Notes: generated by a model not told the origin, from the letters alone. A stretch of 64,000 nt of DNA from an uncultured Sulfuricurvum sp. (GCA_964553185.1 CAZKJU010000002.1:1281-65280), one strand, 5' to 3'; shown: positions 48,412-60,186, counted from the stretch's first letter. A program made the numbers and translations.

Positions 48412-50631
48412 ATGGAACGGAAGATTTTTTTAGCACTCACTGTTATTTTGAGCTTTGTAGCTTTGCTGGTTGTATTATTCATTCTAGATAATGCCAAAAA
48501 GGAGCAGATTGAACAAAATCAGCTTTTGCTAGTTCAGGAAGCGACTGCCCATTTTGGGATGATTAAAGAGCTTGAGATATGGCATAACAAATTTGGCGGT
48601 GTATTCAAGGCAGGGGTGAAAGAGAACGATTACCATTTCAATATTTATAGCCTCAAACCTAAAAACAGTGAGAATAGCGCAACCGGGTTTGTCAAAGATG
48701 CGTTGATGCATCTCAAAAACAACCCCGATGAAACGTTTTATTACCGTTTCAGCCCCGATCAATCCCGTTTTGATTTTGTCGGCGTGTTGTACACACAGCC
48801 TAAATGTGTGGCATGTCACACCAATTTTACCGTCGGAGAGATGCGCGGCGGGATCGAGATAACGTTGCCGTTGACCAAATACCAAGAGGGGTTGACGACG
48901 ATACAGGACCAATTCCGACTCTTTTATACGATGGTGATCGGCGTCTATCTTTTGGGATTAGGGCTATTGCTCTATTTTATACGGAAGATTTTCAAACATA
49001 AAGAGAAAATTGAAGAGTTAAACGTCACTTTGGAGAAAAAAGTGGCCGATCGCACCAAAGAGGTGCAAATACTTTATACGCGTGAGCACTACCTCAAAGG
49101 ACTTTTGGAGACGATCACGGAACTCAATGAATCGTTGATCAACACCTATTCACTCGGATCGATTATCGAGACGAGTTTGGAGACCCTCAAACATCATCCC
49201 AATTACAAAATTATTATGTTCGGACATTTTGATGGAGAGGTGTTCCATCGCCGTTATATTTCGGGGGATTTGTACGGTATTTATACCAAAGAGCATTTGC
49301 CGATAAGCGAGTTGGAAACCAACAGAGATTACACCTCGATCTATAAAGCGATTGTTGAACGTCATTGGAGCCTCCAATTTCCCTGTTTGATCGATCTTCC
49401 TCATCGAAATCGAAATCGCCAAGAGGACTATGATCTTACGGCTTCCATCGCTTTTCCTCTCATCGAGGATACCAAAGAGGGATTTGATATTTTGGCTTTT
49501 TGGACAAATCGAGAGGGGGGATTCGATCAAGAAGAGATCAATATCCTCGATACGGTAGTGCACGATATCACGATGGCGCTGAGTGCCTACAAACAGCGTA
49601 AAATGACCGAAAGGCTCCAAAAAGAGCAGATCAGCAATTACGAAGAGACGATTTTGGCATTTGTCGATATGATTGAACAGCGCGATGCCTATACGGCAGG
49701 GCATACCCTTCGGGTCGCAAAATATTCGCGTAAGCTTGCTGTCTATCTCAACATCGATGAAGCGATGATCCACAAAATCGAAAAGGCGGCTATTTTACAT
49801 GATATCGGCAAAATAGCTACTCCGGATACTATTTTGCTCAAACCTGGTCGGTTGAACGCGTTGGAATACGAGTTGATTAAAAACCACGTGACAGCCGGAT
49901 ACAAAATGCTTTCAAAAGTTAAAATGTACGCTGAACTGGCGGAGATTATGAAATTTCACCATGAACATTACGACGGAAAAGGGTACCCCTATGGGTACAA
50001 AGGGGATGAGATTCCGATGGAAGCTCATATTATGATTGTTGCCGATGCATTTGATGCGATGACGACCAACAGGATTTACAAAGGGCGTTTAAGTGTTCAT
50101 GATGCGATCGATGAATTGAATCGTCAAAGCGGAACGCAATTTCATCCTCTCGTTGTTGATGCGGCAAATCATGTTTTGGTTGATGAGATGATATCCCAGA
50201 CCTCCCAAATGCCCCAAAGCGATCTGGAGAAACAACGATTTTCCTATTTCTTTAACGACAATTTGACCGGCTTGTACAACGAATCGTATTTGCAATTGAT
50301 TCTTCATCAGATTGAGACACAAACGTATATCAATGTCATCCGTCTACATAACATTACAGTGTATAATAAACAGATGTCTTGGACGAAAGGAAACGAGCTT
50401 CTGATCTCGGTTGCCAATCAGCTCAAAGAACATTTCCCGAAATCAAAAATTTTCCGTTTTGAGGGGGATGACTTTTTGATTTTATCGGCAAATGATAAAA
50501 TTTTCGAAGGACGGATGATCAATCTTAACGCGGTTGATCCGTATAAGATTGTAACGTTTGATTCGGATTATATTGTCATAGACAATAATGAAGATATGCT
50601 TCAAAAGCTTCATCTTTATCTCAAATCTTGA
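48412..50631 (+). CDS. DUF3365 heme-c sensor + GAF + HD-GYP + degenerate GGDEF
   Basis: CVACH, GEMRG; HTLRVA, LHDIGK, HHEHYDGKGYP; terminal domain reads FEGDDF. ATG 48412 follows AGAGG (the track gives GTG 48400). Confidence 0.88.
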   Translation: MERKIFLALTVILSFVALLVVLFILDNAKKEQIEQNQLLLVQEATAHFGMIKELEIWHNKFGGVFKAGVKENDYHFNIYSLKPKNSENSATGFVKDALMHLKNNPDETFYYRFSPDQSRFDFVGVLYTQPKCVACHTNFTVGEMRGGIEITLPLTKYQEGLTTIQDQFRLFYTMVIGVYLLGLGLLLYFIRKIFKHKEKIEELNVTLEKKVADRTKEVQILYTREHYLKGLLETITELNESLINTYSLGSIIETSLETLKHHPNYKIIMFGHFDGEVFHRRYISGDLYGIYTKEHLPISELETNRDYTSIYKAIVERHWSLQFPCLIDLPHRNRNRQEDYDLTASIAFPLIEDTKEGFDILAFWTNREGGFDQEEINILDTVVHDITMALSAYKQRKMTERLQKEQISNYEETILAFVDMIEQRDAYTAGHTLRVAKYSRKLAVYLNIDEAMIHKIEKAAILHDIGKIATPDTILLKPGRLNALEYELIKNHVTAGYKMLSKVKMYAELAEIMKFHHEHYDGKGYPYGYKGDEIPMEAHIMIVADAFDAMTTNRIYKGRLSVHDAIDELNRQSGTQFHPLVVDAANHVLVDEMISQTSQMPQSDLEKQRFSYFFNDNLTGLYNESYLQLILHQIETQTYINVIRLHNITVYNKQMSWTKGNELLISVANQLKEHFPKSKIFRFEGDDFLILSANDKIFEGRMINLNAVDPYKIVTFDSDYIVIDNNEDMLQKLHLYLKS

Positions 50632-50660
50632 TCAATAATGGTTATTAAAACAAAAGGGAA

Positions 50661-52301
50661 ATGTGGATGTTAAACAATTTACGTGCAAAAATTATCGTGG
50701 CGACATTATCGATAGCGACACTGTCGAGTCTCCTCTTTATGTTTTTCGTATACGATGTGCAAAAATCTCTTTATATGGAAGAGATCGATAAAAAGCTCAA
50801 ACTTGGAGCTCAGGCGGGAAATCTCTATCTGGGAGATGATTTGGTAGATCGATTCGATCAATCGAATCCAATGAGTGAAGAGAGACACCTTCAATTAGTT
50901 AAAAAGCTAAGTGATTATGCGCAATCAAACGGATTGGAATACATCTATTTAATGGTCAAAGAGGGAGATAAAGTTTTTACCGTCATCAGCAGTGCTACTC
51001 CGGATGAACTGAAAAACAAAGAGTATGATCCTTTTTATACCGAGTACGAAGCGAGTGAAGGGATTCAAAACGGATTTCAAGATGGGCATACTTTCTATGA
51101 AGATACGGTCGATAAGTATGGGAACTTCCGATCTTATCTCAAAATTTGCCGCTCTACTAACGGAAAACTCTATATGGTGGGTGCGGATATTAGTGTAAGC
51201 GATATTCAAAAGGATCTCAACGCTTTATTACTTGAGACAGTAGGTATTTTTGTCATTGTATTGATTATCGCGGGTGGGATTGCTTTGTGGATCTCTTCGT
51301 TAATTACACGACGTTTGAGTCTTTTGACCATCAATGTCGAAAAGCTTTCCAATTCGCTTGATTTGACAACCAACTTTGAGTTGATTGGAAACGATGAGAT
51401 TGCTCGTTTGTCCAATTCGCTGAATCATTTTTTACATACAATCCGCTCCGTCATTCATGAAGCGGCAAATGTTTCCAAAGAGAATGTTGCTTTGGCTGGT
51501 GATACGGTTAATGAAGCGTATGGTGTGACCGAAAAAATTAAAAATACCCGTGAATTGATTCATAAAAATCTTGAAGAGATTTATCAAATCAGCTCTAAAA
51601 TTGATGAAGTGTCGCACTACTCAGGAAGTGTGGTTGGATCGCTCAACAAAGCCGATAATCAGCTGGAATCAACTAAAACAAGTATTCATAAAGTAGCTGA
51701 CAGCGCTCGTCAAAGTGCTCAAAACGGTGAAACGCTGGCTCAACAACTCCGTCAATTGAAATCTGAAGCAGAACAGATCCGTTCTATTCTAACCATTATC
51801 GGAGATATCGCAAACCAAACGAATCTCCTTGCCCTCAATGCTGCGATCGAAGCGGCACGTGCCGGAGAACACGGGCGCGGTTTTGCCGTTGTTGCCGATG
51901 AAGTACGAAAACTTGCTGAAAAAACTCAAAGCAGTCTGACTGATATCGCCAGTATGACAGAGGTTATTATACGTTCTGTGGGTGAGATAGCGGATGGGAC
52001 GATTGAGAGTTCGGAGGAGATTAGCGAATTGGCGAAAATAACAGAATTGACAGAGGAATCGATCAATGTTACTGCTCAATCAATGCGCGAAGTCGTTGTG
52101 ACAATGAATCAAACACAGGAGCGTTTGATGGTTCTTCATCAACACGGCGAATCGACATCAAATCGGATGGATTCTATCGATCATGATTCAATGGCAAATA
52201 TTGAAATTATTGAAAATATGGATAAAAAAATCAGTCGCTTGAGTGCACTCTCTTATGAATTGGGAGAAAAACTCAACTTTTGTAAAATGGTTTCTCGTTA
52301 A
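50661..52301 (+). CDS. Methyl-accepting chemotaxis protein with Cache-like sensor
   Basis: Two TMs, [31 protein letters not shown]. Confidence 0.93.
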   Translation: MWMLNNLRAKIIVATLSIATLSSLLFMFFVYDVQKSLYMEEIDKKLKLGAQAGNLYLGDDLVDRFDQSNPMSEERHLQLVKKLSDYAQSNGLEYIYLMVKEGDKVFTVISSATPDELKNKEYDPFYTEYEASEGIQNGFQDGHTFYEDTVDKYGNFRSYLKICRSTNGKLYMVGADISVSDIQKDLNALLLETVGIFVIVLIIAGGIALWISSLITRRLSLLTINVEKLSNSLDLTTNFELIGNDEIARLSNSLNHFLHTIRSVIHEAANVSKENVALAGDTVNEAYGVTEKIKNTRELIHKNLEEIYQISSKIDEVSHYSGSVVGSLNKADNQLESTKTSIHKVADSARQSAQNGETLAQQLRQLKSEAEQIRSILTIIGDIANQTNLLALNAAIEAARAGEHGRGFAVVADEVRKLAEKTQSSLTDIASMTEVIIRSVGEIADGTIESSEEISELAKITELTEESINVTAQSMREVVVTMNQTQERLMVLHQHGESTSNRMDSIDHDSMANIEIIENMDKKISRLSALSYELGEKLNFCKMVSR

Positions 52302-52436
52302 TTTTATATTATTAAAATTTATGTTTATAAAATGCTTACAGAGTTTAAAAATGTAAAAAAAATTAATAATTGTTTTGAAAAATGGCTTACTATTGTGCTA
52401 TGATACTCTCTAATCCTAGAAAACGGGCAGGTATCC

Positions 52437-52922
52437 ATGGAATTAAAAATGAAGCCGGGAGAGTTTATCGTCTCCAAAACCGATTTAAAAGGTCTGATTA
52501 CTTACGGGAATGAAACCTTTATAGAGATGTCAGGTTATACCGAATCTGAACTCCTCAATGCACCTCACAATATTCTCCGCCATTCTGATATGCCGAAACT
52601 CATTTTTAAACTCTTATGGGAACGAATACAGGATCGTGAGGGGATTTATGCCTACGTTAAAAATAAAACCAAAAGAGGGGACCACTACTGGGTTTTTGCC
52701 TATGTGACCCCATCATTCGATTCATCGGGGAACCGCATAGGATATTACTCGGTACGTCGCGCTCCCAAGGAAAAAGCATTATCAACGATTGAGCCGCTTT
52801 ACAGCGAGTTGTTAAATGCAGAGCGTAATGGTGGAATGAATGCTTCATCCACACATCTATCCAAAATACTTGATGAAAAAGGGGTGACGTATGATCAATT
52901 TGTCCTCAGCCTTCAACAATAA
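52437..52922 (+). CDS. Stand-alone Aer-type PAS sensor (CetB-like), paralog of 4558-5046
   Basis: [37 protein letters not shown]. Confidence 0.9.
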   Translation: MELKMKPGEFIVSKTDLKGLITYGNETFIEMSGYTESELLNAPHNILRHSDMPKLIFKLLWERIQDREGIYAYVKNKTKRGDHYWVFAYVTPSFDSSGNRIGYYSVRRAPKEKALSTIEPLYSELLNAERNGGMNASSTHLSKILDEKGVTYDQFVLSLQQ

Positions 52923-54330
52923 ACTTTTTCTTATGATGCTAGGAATATGGGGAATCACTTTTTTCTTTTTGGTGTTTGGGGCACCTTATGGCGTTGTTTT
53001 AGTGGTTTCTCTGATCTTGATTATCGTCTCTATGACACTTGCTGGAAGTAACAGTAAAGATCCAATTCTCGAAAAAATCGAGCGGGTATTGGCTGATGCG
53101 TCACAAGGTAGCTTGGAGGGACGCATTACTTCTATTACAGATGAATCCCCATACAAGTCGTTGGCTTGGAGTTTTAACAACCTCCTCGATCAAGTTGAGG
53201 CGTACATGCGAGAGAGTGTCATCGCAATGCAGCTTGCCGAAAAGGGATTAGAAGAACATAGAATGCATCCGGAAGGATTCAAAGGGTTATTTCAATTATC
53301 GGTAGACCCTATCAACCTATCGGCAAAGGGGATTAAAGCTCAGCAGCTTTTGTTCGCGCGCCGTCAGTATGCCGAGGAGTTTCAAAAAATCGGAGGTGGA
53401 ACAACCGGAGGGTTGTTGACAATCCGAAGTGATATTGTCCATACCAACGAAACGATGGGAGAGATCAGCAGTCGTGCGAATTCAACCTCGGAGCAAGCCA
53501 AGCAAAGTTTGGAGTCTATTGAGCAATTGTTGAGCAGCTTTTATTCGCTCAATGAAACCGTTTCGCAAACGTATAATGGTATCGAAATCCTCTCTACTAA
53601 AACCAATGAGATCTCGATGATTGCCGATTTGATCAAAGAGATTGCCGATCAAACCAACCTTCTTGCACTCAATGCCGCCATTGAAGCGGCGCGGGCGGGT
53701 GAGCATGGACGCGGATTTGCCGCTGTTGCCGATGAAGTTCGAAAACTTGCGGAACGGACACAAAAAGCGACGCAGGAGATTGCGATTACAATCCATTCGC
53801 TTCATGAAGAGACGCATGAAATTACGGCAAATGCACGAACGATGTCAGTGATATCGGAACAAGCACTGCCAAAGGTCGAGAATTTTTCGATGATGGTTAA
53901 AAGCTTTAACCATGATGCCGATCAAACGGCAAAAGAGGCATTTTTTATCCAAAATCAGCTTTTCGCTTCATTGGCTAAAATCGATCATGTTGTCTTTAAA
54001 CACAAAGCCTATTCAACGGTTCTGAACGATACGGTTATGGAGGATTTTTTAGATCACCGTCAATGTAATTTCGGTAAATGGTACCAAAATGAAGGGGCAC
54101 AATTTTATGGTCACACCTCCATGTATCCATCTATCGATACGATGCATCATGATGTACATCATTATGCGATTGAAAATGTGCAAATGGTAGAGAAACAATT
54201 ACAAAACCGCAAAGATATTATTCCAATCGTACTGCAAAATTTCAAAAAAATGGAAGAAGCCAGTGCTCAATTGTTTAGCGCTTTGGATAAAATGGTAATC
54301 GAACAGCACCAAATCAGTTGCTATTCGTAA
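52891..54330 (+). CDS. MCP (CetA-like) with C-terminal CZB domain, paralog of 5021-6454
   Basis: N-terminal TM hairpin, MCP signature, [19 protein letters not shown]. Confidence 0.92.
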   Translation: MINLSSAFNNKLFLMMLGIWGITFFFLVFGAPYGVVLVVSLILIIVSMTLAGSNSKDPILEKIERVLADASQGSLEGRITSITDESPYKSLAWSFNNLLDQVEAYMRESVIAMQLAEKGLEEHRMHPEGFKGLFQLSVDPINLSAKGIKAQQLLFARRQYAEEFQKIGGGTTGGLLTIRSDIVHTNETMGEISSRANSTSEQAKQSLESIEQLLSSFYSLNETVSQTYNGIEILSTKTNEISMIADLIKEIADQTNLLALNAAIEAARAGEHGRGFAAVADEVRKLAERTQKATQEIAITIHSLHEETHEITANARTMSVISEQALPKVENFSMMVKSFNHDADQTAKEAFFIQNQLFASLAKIDHVVFKHKAYSTVLNDTVMEDFLDHRQCNFGKWYQNEGAQFYGHTSMYPSIDTMHHDVHHYAIENVQMVEKQLQNRKDIIPIVLQNFKKMEEASAQLFSALDKMVIEQHQISCYS

Positions 54331-54396
54331 CGTTTGAATGAGGTAAGGGGTATATTGTGTTACAATCGGGAAAACACTATACCCTAAAGGTTCATT

Positions 54397-55263
54397 ATGA
54401 AAGAGGTCATCAATCTATACAAAAAGCATAAAATTACCGTTGATAACTTCATCGAGACTCTGATCAAAAGTTTCCCTCCCGATTACATGGGGGTATCGGA
54501 CACTATTCTCAAAACTCACCATTTTATCCAGCTTATTTACGCTGTTGATGGCAATTTCCACCAAATCTCCCCTATCGTTTGTCGTCGTGAAAAAGATACC
54601 AAACAAATCGGAAGTGATAAAAGCCACTATTTTATGAAGTTGAATCTTAATGAGGACGGCTTTTATATCTCCAACCCTTACATCCATTACCGTACCGGCA
54701 AAGCGAGTATCTCCGTCGTCCGGTTTTTGAACGGTAACTATTACGTTTTTGATATTAATCTGATCGAACTGCTTGAAGATTTACGGTTGATCGAATACAA
54801 CAAAACGCATGAGAAGATTAAGCGAAGTGTCTATTTTCTAGGTTCATCGATGCTGGCTCTTGTCGCATTGGCGCTGATCGGATACGGCGGCTATGTATTT
54901 TTCAAATTGATATTTATGTTCAATGATCACACCTTTTTGCACGACGTATTCAAATCGATCATTGCCGTGACGTTAGGATTGGCGATGTATGATTTAGCCA
55001 AACAGATTTTCGAACATGAGGTTATCTTCGAATCGTTTCACCACCCCGAAGACAAGCAGTATCAGGTATTGGGTAAATTCATGATATCGATCATTATTGC
55101 TCTCTCGATCGAGACGCTGATGGTAGTATTTAAAATCGCGCTGGATGATTATACGAAAATGAGTGCAGCGTTTTATCTGTTGATCGGTACGACGATCATG
55201 TTTGTGGCGTTGGGCTATTTTTACAAAACGATTCGTGAGAGCGGGTGTAAAGAGAAAGAGTAG
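54397..55263 (+). CDS. PDC/Cache-like domain fused to a four-TM PsiE-like membrane domain
   Basis: DKSHYF...YISNPYIH..TG...ISV Cache-like motif; four hydrophobic helices with IIIALSIETL. Confidence 0.65.
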   Translation: MKEVINLYKKHKITVDNFIETLIKSFPPDYMGVSDTILKTHHFIQLIYAVDGNFHQISPIVCRREKDTKQIGSDKSHYFMKLNLNEDGFYISNPYIHYRTGKASISVVRFLNGNYYVFDINLIELLEDLRLIEYNKTHEKIKRSVYFLGSSMLALVALALIGYGGYVFFKLIFMFNDHTFLHDVFKSIIAVTLGLAMYDLAKQIFEHEVIFESFHHPEDKQYQVLGKFMISIIIALSIETLMVVFKIALDDYTKMSAAFYLLIGTTIMFVALGYFYKTIRESGCKEKE

Positions 55264-55265
55264 GG

Positions 55266-56285
55266 TTAGCTCACTTTTTTCTTCCGGTTCTTTTTATCGT
55301 TATACATTCGTTTGTCTGCAAGGTCGATAAGTGTTATAAGATCGTTTGCATCGTCCGGATAGCTGGCAAATCCAATACTGGCATCAAAGGCTAAGTGTTG
55401 GTTTTCGAAATAGAAAGGTTCTGAAATTGTTGCGCGAAAGCGTTCAATAATTTGCTCCAACTCATTGTCTGATTGGATCATCGGCAATACAACGCCGAAC
55501 TCATCTCCTCCCAAACGGGCTACAACATCATTGGCACGTGAAGATTTACGAAGCCGCTCGGCCAATGTTTTAATCGCTTCATCACCGGCACGGTGCCCAA
55601 AATTGTCGTTAATCGTTTTGAGCCCATCCATATCGATGATCAAAATAGCGATAGATACCGGGTTATCAGAGAGATTTTGAATTTGGAGACGGAGCTTTTC
55701 ATAGAAGGATGCCCGATTATTAACCCCTGTCATGGCATCGGTGGTTGCTTTCAAAAATAACTCTTCCATCGAATTATGTCCTGCATGATACATTGCCGCA
55801 CCCATTGTTTCTGCCATGATAGACAAAATACAGAGGGCGTGATCATCGAAAAAACGGGGTTTAGATGAGATCACTTTGAGGACACCGACACTTTGATCGT
55901 TAAAACGCAATGGTACAACCACCATCGATCTTGCTCCGACTTTATGGGCGGCTGTACGATCGACTCTAGGATCGATTTCGGTATCTTGACAGTATAATAA
56001 TTCTCCTGTTCGTACTGATAACCCTGATAAACTGCTTGAAGCGGAGAGTTTGAATCCTAAAAAAGGTTCAAGTGAACCGGAAACGGCGCGGTAAACCATA
56101 TCGTTTTCTTCATGTAATTCGATGGTTGCACCGTCGCATTGCGTTAGTTCTTGAGCTTTTTGAGTGATGATATACATCACTTGATCAAATTCATGTCCGA
56201 TTTTAACGATGTAGGTTTGTGCTTTGATAATCTGCATCAATATTTCTGCCGAGGGGATAAATTCACATGTTCCACAAACACCCAT
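55266..56285 (-). CDS. GAF-GGDEF diguanylate cyclase
   Basis: SLSGL...D.E.DPRVD...ARSMVVVPL; RAND, RLGGDEF. Start taken as ATG 56285 after GAGGAG (the track gives 56351). Confidence 0.9.
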   Translation of the reverse strand: MGVCGTCEFIPSAEILMQIIKAQTYIVKIGHEFDQVMYIITQKAQELTQCDGATIELHEENDMVYRAVSGSLEPFLGFKLSASSSLSGLSVRTGELLYCQDTEIDPRVDRTAAHKVGARSMVVVPLRFNDQSVGVLKVISSKPRFFDDHALCILSIMAETMGAAMYHAGHNSMEELFLKATTDAMTGVNNRASFYEKLRLQIQNLSDNPVSIAILIIDMDGLKTINDNFGHRAGDEAIKTLAERLRKSSRANDVVARLGGDEFGVVLPMIQSDNELEQIIERFRATISEPFYFENQHLAFDASIGFASYPDDANDLITLIDLADKRMYNDKKNRKKKVS

Positions 56286-56399
56286 ACTTCTATTCTCCTC
56301 TTCAAAAACTCGGTTAGCTAAATTATAGTCTTTATAAGTAGGATAAATCAAGAGAAAGATTCTTAGGAGAGTAATCCCCCAACAAAAGGGGAGATGAAA

Positions 56400-58004
56400 T
56401 TATGTTCTAAAAACCGAAATTTGAGCGGTGAGTTGTTCGGTCATTTGGTGGAGATGTTCCGCTGCCGCGGCGATCTCTTCGACACTGCGAGCATTTGAGG
56501 TTGATAGCTCATTGATATTTCCGATTTTTTGGATAATCGATTCGGTAGTTGATGCATTGGTTTGGGCATCGTTGGCAAGTTTATCGATTGCCTGAACGGT
56601 ATCGGATAACGCTTCAACTGCGACTTCAGTATGTTCATTAACCTCGTAAGAGGCTTGTGAAAGGGTTTCGATCCGTTTAGTATTGGTGTTCATCTGATCG
56701 GTGATATCGTTGATCGATTGGACGATGACGTTTACCGTTGCATTGGTCTCTACGAGGCTTTTTTGGGTACGTTCCGCGAGTTTACGCACTTCGTCGGCAA
56801 CAACGGCAAATCCCCGTCCGTGCTCACCGGCACGCGCCGCTTCGATAGCGGCATTGAGAGCTAGGAGGTTGGTTTGATCGGCGATATCGGCGATGACGGT
56901 GAGGACTTGTTTGACTTGAGAAGCCTCTTGGGATAGGGCGTTGAGACGGTCATTAATCTCCCCTTCCATTTGGACAGTGATCGAGAGCTGCTCGATTGTG
57001 TTGTGGAGAGCCGATTGTGCCTCTTGGAGATTCTCACGTGCACCGAGAGCTTTTTGTTGTACCGCTTTAGCCTCATGAGCCGAGGCTTTCATTGCTTCTT
57101 TCATCCGATCTGATTCATTGGTGGTTTGGGTGACGATTTTTGCCTCTTCCTCTGCCGCTTTTCCGATAGAGAGGGTAGTAGCCGAGAGTTCAGCAGAGAC
57201 TGAAAGATTTTCAGCCGATGCGGAACGGATACCGCTGAATGCTTGTCGTAATACAGATACTAGCTCGTTGACGCTGCGAGCCATTTGGGAGAGTTCATCG
57301 TTACCTTTGATCTCCATGACACGGGTAAAATCTTTATTTTTTGCCACCGCTTCAACGGTCTCTTCGAGACGTTCAATCGAGTGGGTGATGCTTTGGATGA
57401 TGACGTAGAAAATCCCTAGCATCAATACAGCACAAATAACTAAAATGATTTCGATCATTAGTGCATTGGAATCGAGGGTTTCGAGATTTTTTTGTTTCAT
57501 CATTTCAACTAACTCTAGTTGCTCTTGGCGAAGTGTCTCGTATGTTTCAGATGAAGTTTTCGTGATTTGTTGAAGTTTTTTCCCATCGGAGCTTGATAAA
57601 AATTCCGGATCATGAATGAGATTTTCATTTTCACTAATAATTTTTAAACGAGGTTCGTTGAGCTTTTGCCACTCGGCATGATGAGATGCAATGAGGGTTA
57701 GACGCTTTTTATTATCTTCGGAACGGGTTATTGATTTTAGTTTGTCAATCGCTTCGGCTAGTTTTGTATTGCGTTCTTTATATCGTTCTACAAATTCCTC
57801 AGTATAGAGAAGCTGATAGCCTCGAAGTTCCATCATAGCGCCATTAGTATGGGCACGGATATCCCCTAGTAAAATCATTCGCTCGGTCGTTTTTTTAGCG
57901 TCTTTGTTGTTAGAATATGCAAGATAGCCTAATATAACGTAACTGAGAAAACTTAAAACCATTAAGGCCATAAGCTTCCCTTTGATCGTGGAGAGATTGA
58001 ACAT
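56400..58004 (-). CDS. Methyl-accepting chemotaxis protein with helical (CHASE3/4HB-like) sensor
   Basis: Two TMs, ELRGYQL, HAMP, MCP signature. Confidence 0.93.
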   Translation of the reverse strand: MFNLSTIKGKLMALMVLSFLSYVILGYLAYSNNKDAKKTTERMILLGDIRAHTNGAMMELRGYQLLYTEEFVERYKERNTKLAEAIDKLKSITRSEDNKKRLTLIASHHAEWQKLNEPRLKIISENENLIHDPEFLSSSDGKKLQQITKTSSETYETLRQEQLELVEMMKQKNLETLDSNALMIEIILVICAVLMLGIFYVIIQSITHSIERLEETVEAVAKNKDFTRVMEIKGNDELSQMARSVNELVSVLRQAFSGIRSASAENLSVSAELSATTLSIGKAAEEEAKIVTQTTNESDRMKEAMKASAHEAKAVQQKALGARENLQEAQSALHNTIEQLSITVQMEGEINDRLNALSQEASQVKQVLTVIADIADQTNLLALNAAIEAARAGEHGRGFAVVADEVRKLAERTQKSLVETNATVNVIVQSINDITDQMNTNTKRIETLSQASYEVNEHTEVAVEALSDTVQAIDKLANDAQTNASTTESIIQKIGNINELSTSNARSVEEIAAAAEHLHQMTEQLTAQISVFRT

Positions 58005-58086
58005 AAGCAGCCTCCGTGCTAGTAATATAAGAAATTATACCATACACGATATTTAAAGAGTTCATAAAATTTCACTTTAACGTTTA

Positions 58087-60186
58087 TCAACAGCTTTGTT
58101 CATGTAAGCGTAACGTTGTTATTTGTACATCCAAAGGCCTATCGTAGAGGTATCCTTGAGCCAAAATGCATCCATTTTTTAGCAAAAATTCCTCCTGATC
58201 AGCGGTTTCAACCCCCTCCGCAATGACTTCTAGTTTGAGATTTTGGGCTAATCCGATGATGGTTTTCGTAATCGCCATATCATCTTCATCGTCAGGAATA
58301 TCATGTATGAAGCTTTGATCGATTTTGAGTTTATCGATAGGGAGCCGTTTGAGGTAGGAAAGTGAAGAATAACCGGTTCCGAAATCATCGACCGATATTT
58401 CTAGCCCTAATGCTTTAAACTCACCTAAAATTTCTATCGCTTCCTCTGGGTCACGCATGATCTGAGACTCAGTTACTTCGATGGCAATGCATTTGGCGGA
58501 ACAATGGTAAAACTCCAAAATAGACCAAACCTCTTTGGCAATATTCCGATTCGCGAGTGTTTTGGCAGAAAAATTGACAGCTGTTTTCGGAGCGTTGAGC
58601 CCCTCTTTATCCCACAGGGCATGTTGAGCAACAACATTCTCCAAAACCATAAAATCGAGTTCTTGGATTAGCCCCGTCTCTTCACATAAAGGGATAAAAT
58701 TAGCAGGAGAAACAACCCCTAATGTAGGGTGTATCCATCGTACAAGCGCTTCCATACCGATCCATTTATGGGTTATAAGATCGATTTGCGGTTGGTAATA
58801 GACGACAAATTGATTCTCTTTGAGTGCTAAGCGCAGCGAATTTTCCATGACGACTCTCTCAAAGGCCTTGTCTCCCATCTCGTGTGCATAAAATCGATAG
58901 GTATTTCTCCCCTCATTTTTAGCACGGTACATCGCGGTATCGGCATTTTTTAAAAGTGTTTCTGTTGTAATTCCATCATCTGGTGAGAGGGCAATACCGA
59001 TACTGAGGGTAGAATAGAGCAAATTTCCTTCGATAGAGAAAGGCTCTTTGAAAGCATGTATCAGTTTTTCAGCGATATCGATAAGACTATCCGTATGAAT
59101 GAGAGAATCTATAAGTATATTAAACTCATCCCCACCCATACGGGCTATGGTGTCACATTCACGTAAAATACTTTGGAGCCGCAGCGCCACTTGAATTAAA
59201 AGTTTGTCCCCTATCGGATGCCCTAGTGAGTCATTGATTTGTTTAAAATGATCCAAATCAATGAATAACACCGCAATTTTTTCATTTGTACGCTGGTTCT
59301 TTTTGACGGCCATTTGAAGGCGGTCATTAAACAAGATGCGGTTCGGGAGTCCCGTGAGTGAATCGTGTGTTGCTAGATGGAGCAGCTGGTTTTGGATGGC
59401 ATTGAGTTCGGTAATGTCAGTATCGAAAATTACAACGGAGGGACGGCCAAGATAATTTAGCTTATGTACACTTGCCTGCACAGGATAAAAGGCTCCATTT
59501 TTACGTTTATGTTTGGAGATATTACTAAGTACGGGGCTGATTGTGTTGAGATATTGACGAAATGTCTCTATTTGATCCGTGGTGATCTCAGGATTAATGT
59601 CAGTGATGGAGAGTTCTTTGAGCTCTTGGAGAGTATATCCCAATGCTTTTAGTGCCCCGTCGTTTGCATAGAGGTATTTAAGTGTTTCAATATCAGCAAT
59701 ATAGACCTCAGTGGTGGCATGCTGTAGAATTGTTGCAAGTTCTTCATTATGATTTTCGAGTTCGACTTGGTGAGTGATATCGGTACGAAAACCGGCAACA
59801 ATGAGTGGTTCACTTTGTTCATCAAAGAGTATCTTTGCACGATCATAGATCCATAACCAGTGCCCTTTTTTGTGACGGACTCGATAACGGACATGGGCAC
59901 TTTCGATTTTGTTGGTGATTGAATTCATCAAAACTCCAAAAGCCCGTTCGACATCATCGGGATGGAGCATCGCCTTCCATGTTTCGATGGAACTTTGGTA
60001 TTCCTCTTCTGTGTAACCGATAATATCTAGCCACCGTTTTGAGACAAAGGTAGTGTTTTCTTGGATATTATATTCCCAAATACCGTCTTCGGAAGAGCTA
60101 ATGGCAAATTTAAGCCGTCTAAACTCCAGAGCATGTTCGTTGTTTGAGCAATCGATATTGGACAATGAAGAATTTTGATGATCCAT
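58087..60186 (-). CDS. PAS-PAS-GGDEF-EAL protein
   Basis: GIWEY...LHPDD PAS; RECD, RMGGDEF; EALVR, DDFGTG. ATG 60186 follows GGAGGAG (the track gives 60207). Confidence 0.92.
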   Translation of the reverse strand: MDHQNSSLSNIDCSNNEHALEFRRLKFAISSSEDGIWEYNIQENTTFVSKRWLDIIGYTEEEYQSSIETWKAMLHPDDVERAFGVLMNSITNKIESAHVRYRVRHKKGHWLWIYDRAKILFDEQSEPLIVAGFRTDITHQVELENHNEELATILQHATTEVYIADIETLKYLYANDGALKALGYTLQELKELSITDINPEITTDQIETFRQYLNTISPVLSNISKHKRKNGAFYPVQASVHKLNYLGRPSVVIFDTDITELNAIQNQLLHLATHDSLTGLPNRILFNDRLQMAVKKNQRTNEKIAVLFIDLDHFKQINDSLGHPIGDKLLIQVALRLQSILRECDTIARMGGDEFNILIDSLIHTDSLIDIAEKLIHAFKEPFSIEGNLLYSTLSIGIALSPDDGITTETLLKNADTAMYRAKNEGRNTYRFYAHEMGDKAFERVVMENSLRLALKENQFVVYYQPQIDLITHKWIGMEALVRWIHPTLGVVSPANFIPLCEETGLIQELDFMVLENVVAQHALWDKEGLNAPKTAVNFSAKTLANRNIAKEVWSILEFYHCSAKCIAIEVTESQIMRDPEEAIEILGEFKALGLEISVDDFGTGYSSLSYLKRLPIDKLKIDQSFIHDIPDDEDDMAITKTIIGLAQNLKLEVIAEGVETADQEEFLLKNGCILAQGYLYDRPLDVQITTLRLHEQSC

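Noticed and set aside
49150-49773. Long antisense or alternate-frame ORFs (for example 207 aa here, 44534-44995, 35684-36058, 61139-61429, 62794-63897)
   Set aside because: They shadow well-supported genes and show no motifs or start signals. The ORFs beyond 62800 are shadows of pycB.
52383-52400. Sigma54-like TGG...TGC upstream of the PAS gene (similar near-miss at 18221)
   Set aside because: The GG-to-GC spacing is not 10 nt; TGCTATGAT fits an extended -10 better.
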